64,000 bases of DNA from positions 932,282 through 996,281 of the forward strand of contig JAQGDQ010000016.1 of the NCBI GenBank assembly GCA_030141605.1, given 5' to 3'. Below are positions 28,401 through 50,442 of this stretch, in pieces (the first letter of the stretch is position 1; each line of letters begins with the position of its first letter). A model generated the notes under the pieces. That model saw only the letters and a list, made by a program, of their open reading frames with translations. It was not told where the DNA came from and did not search any database. The translations under genes were made by a program, and so were the position numbers. The DNA is from Tubiluchus corallicola. Lineage: Eukaryota > Animalia > Priapulida.

Positions 28401-31400
28401 ATAACTTTGAATGTCATTATTTCCTGAAAGTACAGTAAGTCCTTGTTTAATGATGCTAATGCGTTCCAGCAAAATGCAGTATTAAGCGAATTATGGTTAA
28501 GTAAACCAAGATTTCCACAGCAAATAATGTTACAGTAAAACACTTTGAGATGCATTCCAGTTTCGAATATCAGCAGCAAGGCAGTCATTTTATTAATTGA
28601 GTATACTAGTTTTATAGTTTATGCTCAAGTATATAGGCTTAAATTACAGTTAATATTTTTGTTTGCTTCTATCATTTTGTAGTGCCCTATTATAAATGTG
28701 TATGAAAAAAACATGGTATGTAATTCTTCATATTTAGGTGACCATTCGTGGACCAAAGGAAGACGTTGAAAAAGCTAAAAAGCAGCTGCTGGAACTAGCA
28801 AACGAGAAGCGTGCCACTGGTTTTACCACAGAGTGTCGGACAAAACCAGAACATCACAAGGTATAGTTCTTCGCTTTATATTTTCATGTTGTTTTAATGT
28901 TCTGAAAAAAATCACATTTTATGAATTTTTCTGAGTGGCATTCAAGTTTCATATCACATATGCAGTCCCAAGCCTCTACATGCATCAGCTGCAGACGTGG
29001 TATGAAACCTGTCTTCACACTTCAATTGAACACTGTATTCATAAAAAGGAGAAACATTTCATGTTTTAACTGCAGCAACTTTTCTAAACTTGTAGAGCAG
29101 CTAAACTGATTTAGTACAGTAGTTAAGCAGTAGTGTATTTTAAGCAATGGTGTACCTCCATTACTGTTATACCCACCCAGTGGCTCCAAGTAATATTAAA
29201 TTGCAATTAATCATCCAAAATTGTTCGAGTTGTTATAGCTGTTTAGAACAGCTGTGCAGTAGAAGTCTTGTGTCACTGTTACACTAGAACATTATATCTG
29301 GCATTTTAGTCAGTCAGAAATGCAGAAATGTTGAATTTTTCTCAATACTGAACATGAACATTCCATAAAATCTTAACTTTTTTCTTGAACACTTGAAGAT
29401 GATTTGGGCATATGTTTGACTTATTGTATTACAAAAAAATGTGCGAGTCATTTCTGACACAAATTCTCTTGGTTTTCAAAAATTTTAGTTCCTTATTGGT
29501 CGAGGTGGCGCCAACATCCGGCAATTTCGAGACAAGTACGATGTACGCGTCATATTTCCGTCTGCTAAGGACGATGACCAAGAGCAAATTACCATTGTTG
29601 GCAGGGAAGACTGCGTTGAAAAGGCAAAGGATGAGTTGACGAAAATGATCAAAGACCTGGTATATTTGTTGTAACAAATTAATATCAGTTGTCCATGTGC
29701 AAATTAGTATACTGTAGATTAGCTATGCAAAAACATAGCACTTAATGTACTTAAGTGGCAGCAAGTAGAATGAAGTGTTGTATTCATTCTTTAAAATGGC
29801 TGCCTATTCACTTACTATTCAGTCAATTTTGGCTAGAATCTTAGACAAAAAAGAAAATACCATAAAACTGCAGGCTGCATATGCTACAAATGTTATCCAT
29901 ACTTAGACACTGTTCGAGTTCAATCATTTTACCACCTTAATAATTTATGTAATAGCAATTTTTCAGTTATACGACAATATAACAGTTTTTTCAGTTGTAA
30001 TGTGTGAAAAATTTCCTATAAGCAGGAATGTTAATGACTAAATGTTTCATAATACAGAGACCTTGTTTTATAAGTACTAACCAATGCAGTGATATTATGG
30101 TATGATTGCCTGTTAATTTAGAGTGGTCATGCTAGTGAAATTCAGCTCATATTAATCCCATTTTTTGTTCTTGTGTAGGAAGATATTGTTGAAGATGAAA
30201 TGACTATTGATCCGAAACACCATCGACACTTTATCCAGCGCCAGTTTCAGGTACTCCGCGAAATCGCCGATGAATATGGCGGAGTTGTGGTCAGCTTTCC
30301 TCGTAATAACACCAAAAGTGACTTAGTTCGACTCAAGGGTGCTAAAGACTGTGTAGCCGGTGCAAAGAAGAGACTGACCGAAATAGTGAACGAACTTGTA
30401 AGTGCATATGTACTTTAAATTTTGCTAAGTTGTGACAAACATATTACCGATCCCACAAGTGTACAGCAGTGTTGCTATGATGTGACAAATATAGCTGATG
30501 AAAAACTGTAGGGATTAATTTGACAAAATGAAGCACACAGAAGCATGGAGCAGTATTATCTACTGTCCTTGCATTACCTGTAACTGTGCTAAGAGCAAGT
30601 TCCTGATTACAGCACCATTCGTTATTTGTATGAATAGGTGTGTCGGAATTGGAAAATAATTGTGTGTGTACTGCTGTTAGGGATCTCCTAGAGTTGCAAT
30701 ACATCTTCACTATTTCTTCTTGAAGTAAGAGGCTTCTGCATTTAAAATGTCAAAGGTTGTGTAAAAATGTGGAAATGATGGTGGAATTTTTGCATTCTAT
30801 TGTTACTCGTACACCTTGTTTTTTTTAAGAATTTTGTCTGAATTGGTTATTAATGGTCATTGGGACAATTATCATGATTAAATAAAATTTCCTGGGAACT
30901 TTCTGTTTAACATCTGTAGACAGAATTTTGTTGTCTGTGTACATGCATGGCTTCATTACTTTTCTTGTGCTGTGTTTAATACATAATCTTTTTGCCAAAG
31001 TTTGGTATTTAATTTTTTGACTGATGTAGACTCATTATACAAATCAAATTTTCATACAGTATTACCATTGGCACTTAATATAAATTTAATAGAGTAAATT
31101 TATATTGTTACTTCAACTTGATATTTTAGGATGCTCAAATAACAGTTGAGTGTGTCATCCCACAGAAGTTTCATCGTAATGTCATGGGTCCAAGAGGAAC
31201 CAAGGTGCAAGCAATCACCCAAGACTTCAATGTGCAAGTCAAGTTTCCTGATCGAGAATCTAGACGTAAAAATTTTAACATTTCTTGAAAACAAAAGTGA
31301 AATACAAAATTGATTAGTAAGTTACTTTATTTTCACAAGCCGATTAGCAGGTGTTAATGTTCCCATTGTAATGCGAAACTGGGGCAATTTAAACTGGTTT

Positions 31401-34400
31401 CTTGCAGTAGGCAGCTCACGGTAGGTGGTAGACAGTAAATGGATTATCTATGTGACAGGGATCCATTGGTCTGCATATTTGTTACTTTCAGGTGATCAGG
31501 GAGATGAACCGCCAATGGAAAATGGCGACTCGGCTTCACAGGATTCTGGTGAACTTGGAGGTGGCGGTGGTGATGAAAGACCTCCGAAGTGTGATGTGAT
31601 CATAATTACTGGCATAGCTGAGAACTGCGAACAGGCAAAAAATGCATTGCTGGTATGCTTTTGACTGTATTTACTTTTGGTAGTGTTAATGCAACTTTGA
31701 CCAGTTCCTATGTATAGTAAATGCAGAAAATTCACAAGGATGTGTTTCTTAAGACTGGTGTAATTTTTTGGCCATTTAGTAGCTTGTTTGCTTGAAAATT
31801 GGCATTTGTGTTTCATATTTAATATTTGACCAGCTAAATTATTAACCAAAAGGTTGAACTCATTTGTGATTTTTGATGTGTTAATTGCCAGTTGTCACAG
31901 TAAATGGTAAGTAACAGCAAATAATTCCTTGTAATATTGCATTTCTGCTATGTTGAAAAGTGCAAACGATTTTTGCTCATTTGTCAGGCCCTAGTTCCTA
32001 TTACTGAAGATGCTCCTGTGCCTTTTGACTTCCACCGTTTCATTATCGGGCAAAAGGGTAAAGATGTGCGTCGTTTAATGGAAGAGTTTGATGTCAGTAT
32101 TACTGTTCCACCAGCCATGGAGCGATCAGACACCATCAAGATTACGGGGCCACCAAAGAACGTGGCTGCGGCAAAAGTAGCAGTTGCTGAGAAAGTAGCT
32201 GAACTTGAACTAGAAAAGGAGGACAAGGTATGTTAATGTATTTTGCTAAATTTTATTATTTTTTACTATTTCTTTATATAATTTGAAGTCTTGCAAACTG
32301 GAATCCAACATTCACGTTAGGTCTTATTCAATCTTGAATGACTGTGGCGAGACTGGAACCTCGCTTATCGTCAAGAATAAACCTCTAGGATGAGCTACAT
32401 GATCGGAAGAGGTATCTTAGTCTTGTTCATATTTATTTATACATCCTCCCTCTGTGAGTTAAGCACTCGCTATCAGCACTGCAAACAAAATTACCTAGAA
32501 GTGAAATGTTCCGCCCATCCACTCACTGACCAGCCCCGGCGTCACTCTTTGGTCACCAAGACAATGCCGAGATTTGATTAGGTGCAATTTTGTTTGAAGT
32601 ATACTTTCATCTTTCTAAAATGTTGACATTTTCAGCTCGCCAAAAGCTTTAAAGTGGAACTGCGCGTAGATCCGAAGTATCATCCAAAAATTATTGGGCG
32701 TAACGGATCTGTAATCGGTAAGATTCACTCGGAACACGATGTCCAGATTCAACTTCCAGATAGAGACAGTGAGGAACAAGACCTGATTGTTATCACCGGT
32801 TACCAGAAAAATGCTGAAGCAGCAAAGGAAGACATCTTGAAAATCGTGGAAGAACTGGAAAGCCAGATTACCCTAGAAGTGCGTATTGATCATCGCGTAC
32901 ACTCCCGGTTGATTGGCAGACGTGGTCGCGCCATACATAAAGTCATGGATGAATTTAAAGTACGAATGCTTTTTATTATTTTGATAAAACAAAGACTATA
33001 GACAGAATCATGGATGTTATGATAAATAGAATTATGTTTTCATTCGCTACTAAACAGATATTTTGTAGTCCATTGCGGGCTGCTTTCTCAGTGTAAACAT
33101 TAAAAATATGCAACACACTTCAAATGCAAAATCACTGAATGTCGCCTGTTAAACAGCAAAATAAGAAAAGTACCCTCCCTAATGACCAGTATTGCTATTA
33201 CAGAAACTTTTACACCATTACATTGATAATTATGAAGTAAATCAACTAGTTGAAAATGTTTCTGATGTGGTCAGAAACTGAAGATTTTGCAACAATAGTT
33301 ATAAAATTGAGCCTCAAAAATGAAGAGATGACAGTTTTTCTTGAAAGTGCTTATTTTTTTATTGAATTCACCTCACTTGAATACATGGGAAGTGCATTTC
33401 ACAATGAAACCTCAGCATTTAGCTTTTCAGCCCATAACCCACGGGTCAAAGGTCTCCGTCAAAGATCAATCAATATCGGCATAACTTATACCATTCGGTT
33501 TGTCTCAGCGAGACCTTTCATTTGATATCCTGCAAGCTACTTCCAGTCAACTTTGCTATTTTTGCTATTTTAGTTTTGTTAGGTCCTTTGCTAAATTTTA
33601 CTAAACACACACGTCCCATATTTTGTGATGCACGAGGCCACGACACCACCTAGCAACATACCAAATATTGTGGCCCTAAAAAACTGTGGGAGCAGATAGA
33701 TCATACAGAAAAATGAGTGAAGACCCGCCCACTCCGTGACCTTTCGGGTCACATGCATACGTAGATAACTTTGCCCAGAGTGTACTCTGTGAGCTTTGTG
33801 TCCCTAGCCCTCAGCGTGTAAAAGGTCACCAATTGGGGGACCCAAATTTTGCATTTCGGCCCCTCCCTCGGGCGTTTAAAGCTTGTCAGCTTTTTAAAAC
33901 TCCAGGTGCACACCTGTCCCACAGTAACCCAAATACTTATGAAAAAAATTGGAAAAAATCGAAAGCCCTAGGAGGAGATGCATCTTAAAGAAAAAACTGT
34001 CCGACGCAATTGCCATGCTATTGTTTGTACCCCGTCCAGGGCTACCAACTCTGTGAGTTTGGTGACCCTAGCTTGCAAGACTTATGAGTTATTAAGCGTT
34101 AAAGTGGTGGAGAATAAATAAATGATAACTCAGTGAAAAACAGTAAGATTTTGCTATAGCAAAATCTTAATAACAAATTAGCTAATAAATGTGTTGTAAC
34201 TATCTAGGGAATTTTTGGAAATTAATTTGGAAGTAAATCAACTGCTATTAATGTGCCGAGAGTTTTTCTGCTCTTTTTGATTACTAGTCAAAGAACCAAG
34301 TCTTTTTAATCATTAATTCAGATATAAAAGAAGCGTGGTTACATAAAAAATTCAGTGGTTTTATAATGTTTACAGTGTATATCATGACAACATTGGCAAA

Positions 34401-35158
34401 CTACTATAAATCTCATTAGTACCAACGGGTGTTACCTTCTGTGTATCACATTCCTCTTAATAATTTTCTTTGGGCACAAATAGTCCTATTCCCTACAATT
34501 TCATGAGTATTTTTGTCCCATCTATCACATTATGCATTACCTTTCTTTTGACAGACAATTTGTGGGGGAAAAGTTGATGTGACCTTTGAAAGCTTCTATA
34601 ATATGTTCGTTCGTACTGATGCTCAGAATTTGCTTTACCTAGGTGGATATCAGATTTCCAGGTGCCAAATCTGAAGACAAGGACATGGTGTACATTACTG
34701 GCATGGAGGACAGTGCTCAAGAAGCAAGAGATCATTTACTAAACTTGGAAGAGGAATATGTAAGTGTCATATGCGAGAATATCTGCTGTTTTAACATGTC
34801 TGGTTTCGCATAGTGTTACAATCTGACTGTGTCTAAGTAAAAGATCCAGTATAACAGTTATATAAAAATAAATAAAACAGTTGTATTTACAATGCTAACA
34901 TTTTAGATGTATGACATAAATGACGTGGTGCTTCAGCAGCAGTACACAGCTCCATCTTACCAGCAGCATCAGAGCAACGCGTCAGCATTAGCCGAAGAAT
35001 CTGGAGGTGCAGGTTATGTTGTCCGAGATGCGCCATGGAATGCCAAGGACGCTCCGGACACCACCAGCACGTCAGAGTTTCCCAGCATGGGTGTCAGTAC
35101 CAGCACCTCACATGTACCTTCCCATCCTACTGTCTGGGGCCAGATAAAACACAAGTAA
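19452..35158 (+). CDS. HDLBP: Vigilin / high-density lipoprotein binding protein (multi-KH RNA-binding protein), 23 coding exons, about 1273 aa
   Basis: Exons: 19452-19492, 20570-20735, 21344-21458, 22034-22149, 22499-22705, 23292-23507, 23902-24108, 25146-25352, 25496-25574, 25789-25928, 26084-26188, 26880-26993, 27393-27611, 28178-28324, 28738-28860, 29489-29659, 30179-30397, 31130-31265, 31492-31652, 31988-32227, 32636-32959, 34643-34759, 34907-35158. All introns are GT-AG and phase-compatible (3822 nt). Tandem KH domains (HxxIIGxxG) and vigilin motifs PPTYSEAFPPL, VPMEERRFK, VVRDAPW, SEFPSMG. In-frame TAA lies 9 nt before the ATG. Confidence 0.96.
23514..23700 (+). mobile_element. PIF/Harbinger-like MITE end fragment
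   Basis: AGGGGCCAGATTCACTAAAG terminus and internal repeat GGATTCACTAAA (~23593). The matching right terminus was not found. Confidence 0.5.
27735..28106. mobile_element. Tc1/mariner-type MITE
   Basis: TIRs CACTCATATCTCTGTTTACCG / CGGCAAACAGATATATGAGTG (2 mismatches), flanked by TA on both sides. Confidence 0.85.
32290..32580 (-). mobile_element. SINE copy 1 with 5S rRNA-like head
   Basis: Collinear similarity with 56406-57155 (GCAAACTGGAATCCAACATTCA, TGTGGCGAGACTGGAACCT, GATGAGCTAC, CTGACCAGCCCCGG). 32514-32575 resembles the reverse complement of the 5S rRNA internal control region. Confidence 0.6.
33244..34172 (+). mobile_element. Helentron-associated (HINE/DINE-1-like) non-autonomous element
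   Basis: Starts AACTAG; 5' hairpin GTTTCTGA-N5-TCAGAAAC; subterminal AAGATTTTGC at 33281; internal direct repeats ACTCTGTGAG..CCCTAGC (~33784, ~34049); ends in the perfect 26-bp palindrome TAAGATTTTGCTATAGCAAAATCTTA (34144-34169). Confidence 0.65.
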
Positions 35159-36814
35159 TTATTTTCGATAGCCATGTTTTGTTAGTGATGCTTCTTGTGT
35201 AAAAAATGTGCGAAAAAAAATACCAAGTGTGTTTTTATAAATTGTTAGATACATAATTGAATTGATGTACTTGTATTTGAATGCCTGTTGATAGCAATTT
35301 TGGATTATCATGTTTGAACAGGTTTTTTTTGTATGTAAAGTAACTTGTACCAGAAAGTGCAATTTGCTCAAGAGACACTCATATCCTGCTAGATACTGGT
35401 GTTACCATCGACTGATCATTTGTGTTTGCCTTCATTCCTACCTTTATCCCACTTTTTCATATCCTTTACAGTGAAACTTTTTTTAGGAAGTAAGAAAACA
35501 TCATTCCTGACAAAGTCGATAGACGTGAATTTTCTGCCTTTATTTTTCTAAAGTGAAATTTCTTGACATCAAAAGTTGACTAAATTACGTATAAAAATGT
35601 GTAAAAAGATACTGGATTTTCTTGTAGATCTAGTTCTAGGTTTTGACGTTTGTCTAAATTTTTGCTTTTGTACTTCCCTGTGTTAGTTTTTATCTGTGCT
35701 GAATTTGAGAAATTGTTCTCTGATGCTCAAAGTTTCATAAAACTGTTAATTTTGTTGATTACGTTTAATAGTAACGTATAGTTTTCTCACTGCATCTAAA
35801 TTGTTTGTATGTTTTATATGTTTAATGCCAACTAGGTGAACTTATACACACATGTCATATTAAAGTGGGCGGATGTTGCTATTTTATTTACTTGGTTTAT
35901 ACCCGTTGCACCGTGTAATTACTAAGAGTATTATGTGTTTGCATGAGAAGTTCTATTGCTAATTACTTAGTATAAGGGGTATGTATTTTATATTGTATCT
36001 TAGTTTGTGTGTGTGACAGTATGTTTGTTATCTGTTCTGTCTTGGTTTATTCTTACAAGACAACTAATTAAAGATGGCCTTTTCATACATTGGTAATTGC
36101 GTTAATGACTTCATAGCATGCTAAGCAGTTGCAGATTAGGACAATGTTTATTAAGTGACGTATTTATCAAATAGTGTTATTTGTTTATTTTCCTATGATG
36201 TAAGTTGTTTATTTGTCACTTGTTATCCTGGAACTGACATATTTGTAGTTTCTGTCTGGTGTGTGAAGAATTGTTGCCCTTAATTCAATTTAATGTGTGC
36301 TTTTGCAAGTGTGACATGTTACCATTGAAACTTGCTTATTTAGAATGCTGTGTTTGCAGTTATGCATTAATTTGTTAATCATTCAATTTTGTTTATTTTT
36401 ATTACTATTGCTATCATTATTACTATTATGTACTGGGTGCAGTTTCTTATTTACTGTCTGCTCTTAAAATACGACATTTTTGAGTGAATTTTCTCACTTT
36501 GATAGTAGTTAGTTGGACTAATTCATGACATGGCCTTTATTATATCAATTTTGGTGTTTAAGCCTTCGGCATTGTTGGTTTTGTAGGAAATCATTTAAAT
36601 GTATTGCGAATATTGTATTGAATTTCGTATCGATCATTCGTTACTAAGTGCTGCAAATAATGTTTTATAGTTATAGACGTGTGGGTTTGTTTTATTATTA
36701 TGGGGATTGCCACACTGCATTAACTGTGGCTGACTTAGGGCGGGTTGGGTGCTGTAAGTATATTGGCTGAGATTAACATAATGTGTCTATCAATGAATTC
36801 ATGGTGATATGGAA

Positions 36815-36820
36815 AATAAA
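36815..36820 (+). other. Probable vigilin polyadenylation signal (3' UTR about 1.7 kb)
   Basis: AATAAA at the end of a T/GT-rich + strand tract that starts after the stop codon; base skew reverses just downstream. Confidence 0.55.
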
Positions 36821-38544
36821 TTGTTACCGTTAATTATCTTCTGAACTTTTAATTTGATAACAATGCTAATGAAATGCATGAAGTGTACACCAATGTCCAC
36901 TAAATAGAGAATAAGTGTTACACAGCAATTTTTACTCCTGTACATAATTTAAATGATTATTTTTGAGGACCTACTTGAGATCTGGAAGTCTTTGTAAACT
37001 TTTCGTCCTTGCTTCGTACTACAATGTGCGCCGATTTGCATACTGTATTAGATCAAATTCGAACTTTTCTCATTCTATATCTTAAAAATGAGCAGGTATA
37101 ATAGGTATAAAGCTTTTATCTCACTACCCAAAAAAGGTGAAACCAAACAAAAAAGAAAGCTATGATGGCGCAGATGCAGTTATGTAAAATGAATCCAAAG
37201 CTCCTCCTGTAGTACATGCATTACAGTTAATGGCAAGTTTTCATAAGGTGAGAAACGCAAGGTACAAAGTAAAATAAAAACTAAACTAGTAAGTATATTA
37301 TATGATACTAATTTATTTGGTAAGCAGAATACTGTACATCGAAAGTTACCCATATAAATAATAGTATTCTATAATATCATAATCTGATATAGGTGACCTG
37401 CTCACGGCTTTAGCACAGTGGAAGCTTAATCTGACAGTTTTAATGATTATCCCATTCTGATGTCATATAAAAAACAGTGATTTTAGAATTAGTAATTTTT
37501 AGTTTTGAAACTAATCTCAGGAATTGTGAGTGAAGTTAGCAGCAAACAACCGCATTCCTACAGCATAGTAATTATCCAATGAAAACCATAAACAACTTTA
37601 ACACCTATATTTGACAATAATAGTTATAGCAGCCATTTTACAAGTGCAAGTATGTTATATACATAAGTAACAATTTCTATAATAACAAAAATATATTATA
37701 TTGGAGTCCATTTTGCTACTTTAATTATATATCCAGTACGGTTCCTTCAAATTTGCAAGAAAAACACAAAAACAATACAATGTAAAGAGAAAAAATGAAT
37801 ATGGTTGTAGAAATGCGTGCAATTAGTGATTAATCATCACAACGGGGGGGGGGGCGTGGAGCAAAGGATCAACTGTCGCTCTTGAGGTCCTCACTAATAA
37901 TTAGATGCCTCCCCTAAAAACACTTTAGTTGAACTAATATATCTTGTCCAATGTAGATTTACACGGGTCTCACTAGTGTACAACTCTGTAAGTCACTGTT
38001 ATATTCAGGAATGACTGTAATACGAACGAGCAGTGACAATCTCTCTTATACTGAAAATAGTAGTCTGTACAAAGAATTATTAACTGACAATGACAAAGTC
38101 TCTCGCTGTGAAAACTAGTTCTGCAGTACCACCAGGCTATTAAGGTTTAAGAATTAATAAGTAATCTAATTCATTCTAAAATATCAATAATCTACGTATG
38201 GTTGCCGCAATAAACAGATAATCAGTTACAGTATTGTTTTGCTCGGATTGACAACTGTCTAGCTGCACTGAAACAATTTGGTATTTTTAACTCTCTCATC
38301 ATTAAGCTATAAATAAATAAGTTACCATAGCAACAAAATTTCTGCATGTTTGCACCCACAGTTTATAGAAATGCACAGAAACTCGTTCATGTGTCTGAGA
38401 AAAACTCAGCAAAATGTAAAAGTTTGGCTTTACAATGTTGTCAATCTCAAATCACAGTTAAACTCCATATGCTAGGCTAAGTGTAGAAAATCCTCAACTT
38501 GTATTGCATGTGCTTTTGTACAAGACTCAAAACCAAACAATGAA

Positions 38545-38691
38545 AAGTGCATTTCTTTACCTTCTTATCACACTGCTGTAACTGAAACTTTTAAGATAAA
38601 AAATGGTCTAATTCACAGCTACGCCACTGCTAAATAAAAGACACAATGTACCATTTCATTAACAACATTAGCTCTTTCACAGAGTTGAAAT
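38545..38691. repeat. Dispersed direct repeat copy 1 (copy 2 at 40368-40490)
   Basis: TTTACCTTCTTATCACACTGC...GTACCATTTCATTAACAACATTAGCTC.TTCACAGAGTTGAAAT is shared; copy 1 has a 24-nt insertion. Confidence 0.9.
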
Positions 38692-39072
38692 AGAGTGACA
38701 AAAACCTGAAAACTTATTCATTACTAAAAAAAATCGTTTTAAGGAAAATACCTGATAACATAAGACATAATTCGAATAGCTGAAAGAGGGCAGTGATTAT
38801 TTAATGGAAACAAAATACAATTGACATCAAGAAAAATAATTGATAATTCAGAAACAATAATTGACTGGTTATCAATAATTCACAATATTTTACAAGTTAT
38901 AAACTTTACAGCAATTTTTTGATTTTTCAAACATAACATGTTTCAGTGACAGTGATATTTTATTGGTTTGACACAGATCATAGAATCTAATGCAACACCC
39001 TAATACAGAAACGTTATTAAAATGACACCCACGTGACACGTGACAAGCAAACTTTCCCAAGTAAATGTTACG

Positions 39073-48619
<9,547 letters not shown>

Positions 48620-50059
48620 GGAATGAACAAGTTAAGAGCAAGCCGAATAAGATGTAGAAAAGAATGGTGTTGGCCTGCCGCAAAAGATAAATGGCAGGGT
48701 ATGTGAACCCCGAGATGAATTAGGGCCACTCTCCGCACACCCTACAATAATACAAACAATTTTAAAAGTATAAAGGTGAGTTTAGTGTCTTTACACTGAC
48801 AACAAAGGCTACAAGATTTAAAAAAATTACAAAAATGCAAATTTATTTTTTCTTCCCAGATATAGGCAGCATCATTAGCAGATCAAATCCAAAAAAAATA
48901 TTTTCTGCTTTATATAACTATAACTATAAGCATGATTAAAGTTTGAACAATAAGCTAGTTCTAAAAGTGCACAAGCAAAAACAAGATGTTAAAAAATATA
49001 CGATTCGGCAGGTGGTTTTTCAACTTCCACATTTTTTATATTTCTTGCACATGAAAATTATCAAGGATAATTAAATTCATAAAACTTGAAATATAGTGTT
49101 AATAAAGCTAACACTGACACGCAATTCCTATCTTTAAATCTTCTGTTCTATATGCGCTGTATGAAAACCAAAAAACTGCTCGGCCAAAGTGGGCTTCACT
49201 GCTGAAGTAAACTCAATCATTACCATCTAGAGCCAGTAAGTTTACCATCTCATAGTTTAATTTAGCATTGTGCCGGACATTCAAAAACAACCGATGATCG
49301 GCAACCAATCTGATCTGAATAAGTCGGTTCTGACATGATCGGAGGCAACAAAAAGTTCAGCAGAGTTCAGGGGTTGAAAAAACTATTTGGTATAGCATAA
49401 ACAGTAGACCTAATATTACCGCCAGTACCTGAGCAACGCATGCATATTGTTTGTGTTTCGCCGATGATTTCTGAACGTCGCTTACGTAAAACTATATGGG
49501 TGTTCAAACGATTTTGGAGGTTACAGAAGCATGTAAACATCACATCAGAAAAAGTGTCCAGTCTAGCACTCTGTTACAAAAACACCACCATATTTGATAT
49601 TCTAGTAGACCTGTGTCCACAGGACTTTGAACAGCTCTGTTTACAAATCGCGAGAAGCGAACAATTTAAAAAAAACAGAATCTTGAAAAATCTAGACAAA
49701 ATACAATCAGACTAGCAAAGAATATGAAAATTCAATATAGATGCAGACCGGCAAAAGTGTAATTGGGCACAACATTCCTTTAAACTGGTTGCAGCAGGGC
49801 TTCGGTTATGTCACCCTTTCCCTCTCCCACATTAGTTACTTATGACACCAGCTTACAATTAATCCTCTTCCGCTACACTCATAGCATTATGCATGAAATT
49901 TAAAAACAGAATACCAAAAAAAACAGAAGAATAGATTGAACTGTTGCTGTCATCTGTCACATGTACTGCGACATTCTTTCCATCGCATGTTTGGAATCAA
50001 CTTAGTAGCTTTTCTATAAAGATCACGCGGATGAACGATGCTTCTAACCCGCATATAAC

Positions 50060-50442
50060 TCACATGCATCTCACCCAGAGAAATAAGACTTAGAAAGTTT
50101 TGTAAAATCTCATTGGAGGCAATAAAACTTACTCTTTTATGTTTTATCTGAGAATTCAAATCAAATGTTCACATATCGGGCAGACGAGAGAAAAAGGTAA
50201 AAATACTGATGACAAGCCAACTTTTTTCCACTCGTCATAAATACCAATCGACGCTGCAGTAGAGTGTTGACCAATTATAAAATATATTTTTTTGTGCGCT
50301 TATTTACTTAAATAAGCACGGATGAAAAAGAAATTTTATTGTGACACCCACAGTCAAGTTACTGTGTACTTAGTTTTATTATTGCTTTTGTTGATATTTT
50401 TACATTAAAACACGTAAAATTCAATGTGGTAGGTAAAATGGC
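50060..50442. promoter_or_regulatory. Putative bidirectional promoter shared by CLPX (-) and MRPL34 (+), including the non-coding first exon of CLPX
   Basis: Minus-strand donors GTGAGT (50063-50058) and GTAAGT (~50132); CCAAT at 50244 and 50271; YY1-type AAAATGGC overlapping the MRPL34 ATG (50435-50442); A/T skew reverses here. Confidence 0.65.

Noticed and set aside
30200-30260. Vigilin KH domain lacking GxxG (HFIQRQFQV) as a novelty
   Set aside because: The equivalent KH repeat is also degenerate in vertebrate vigilin as I recall it.
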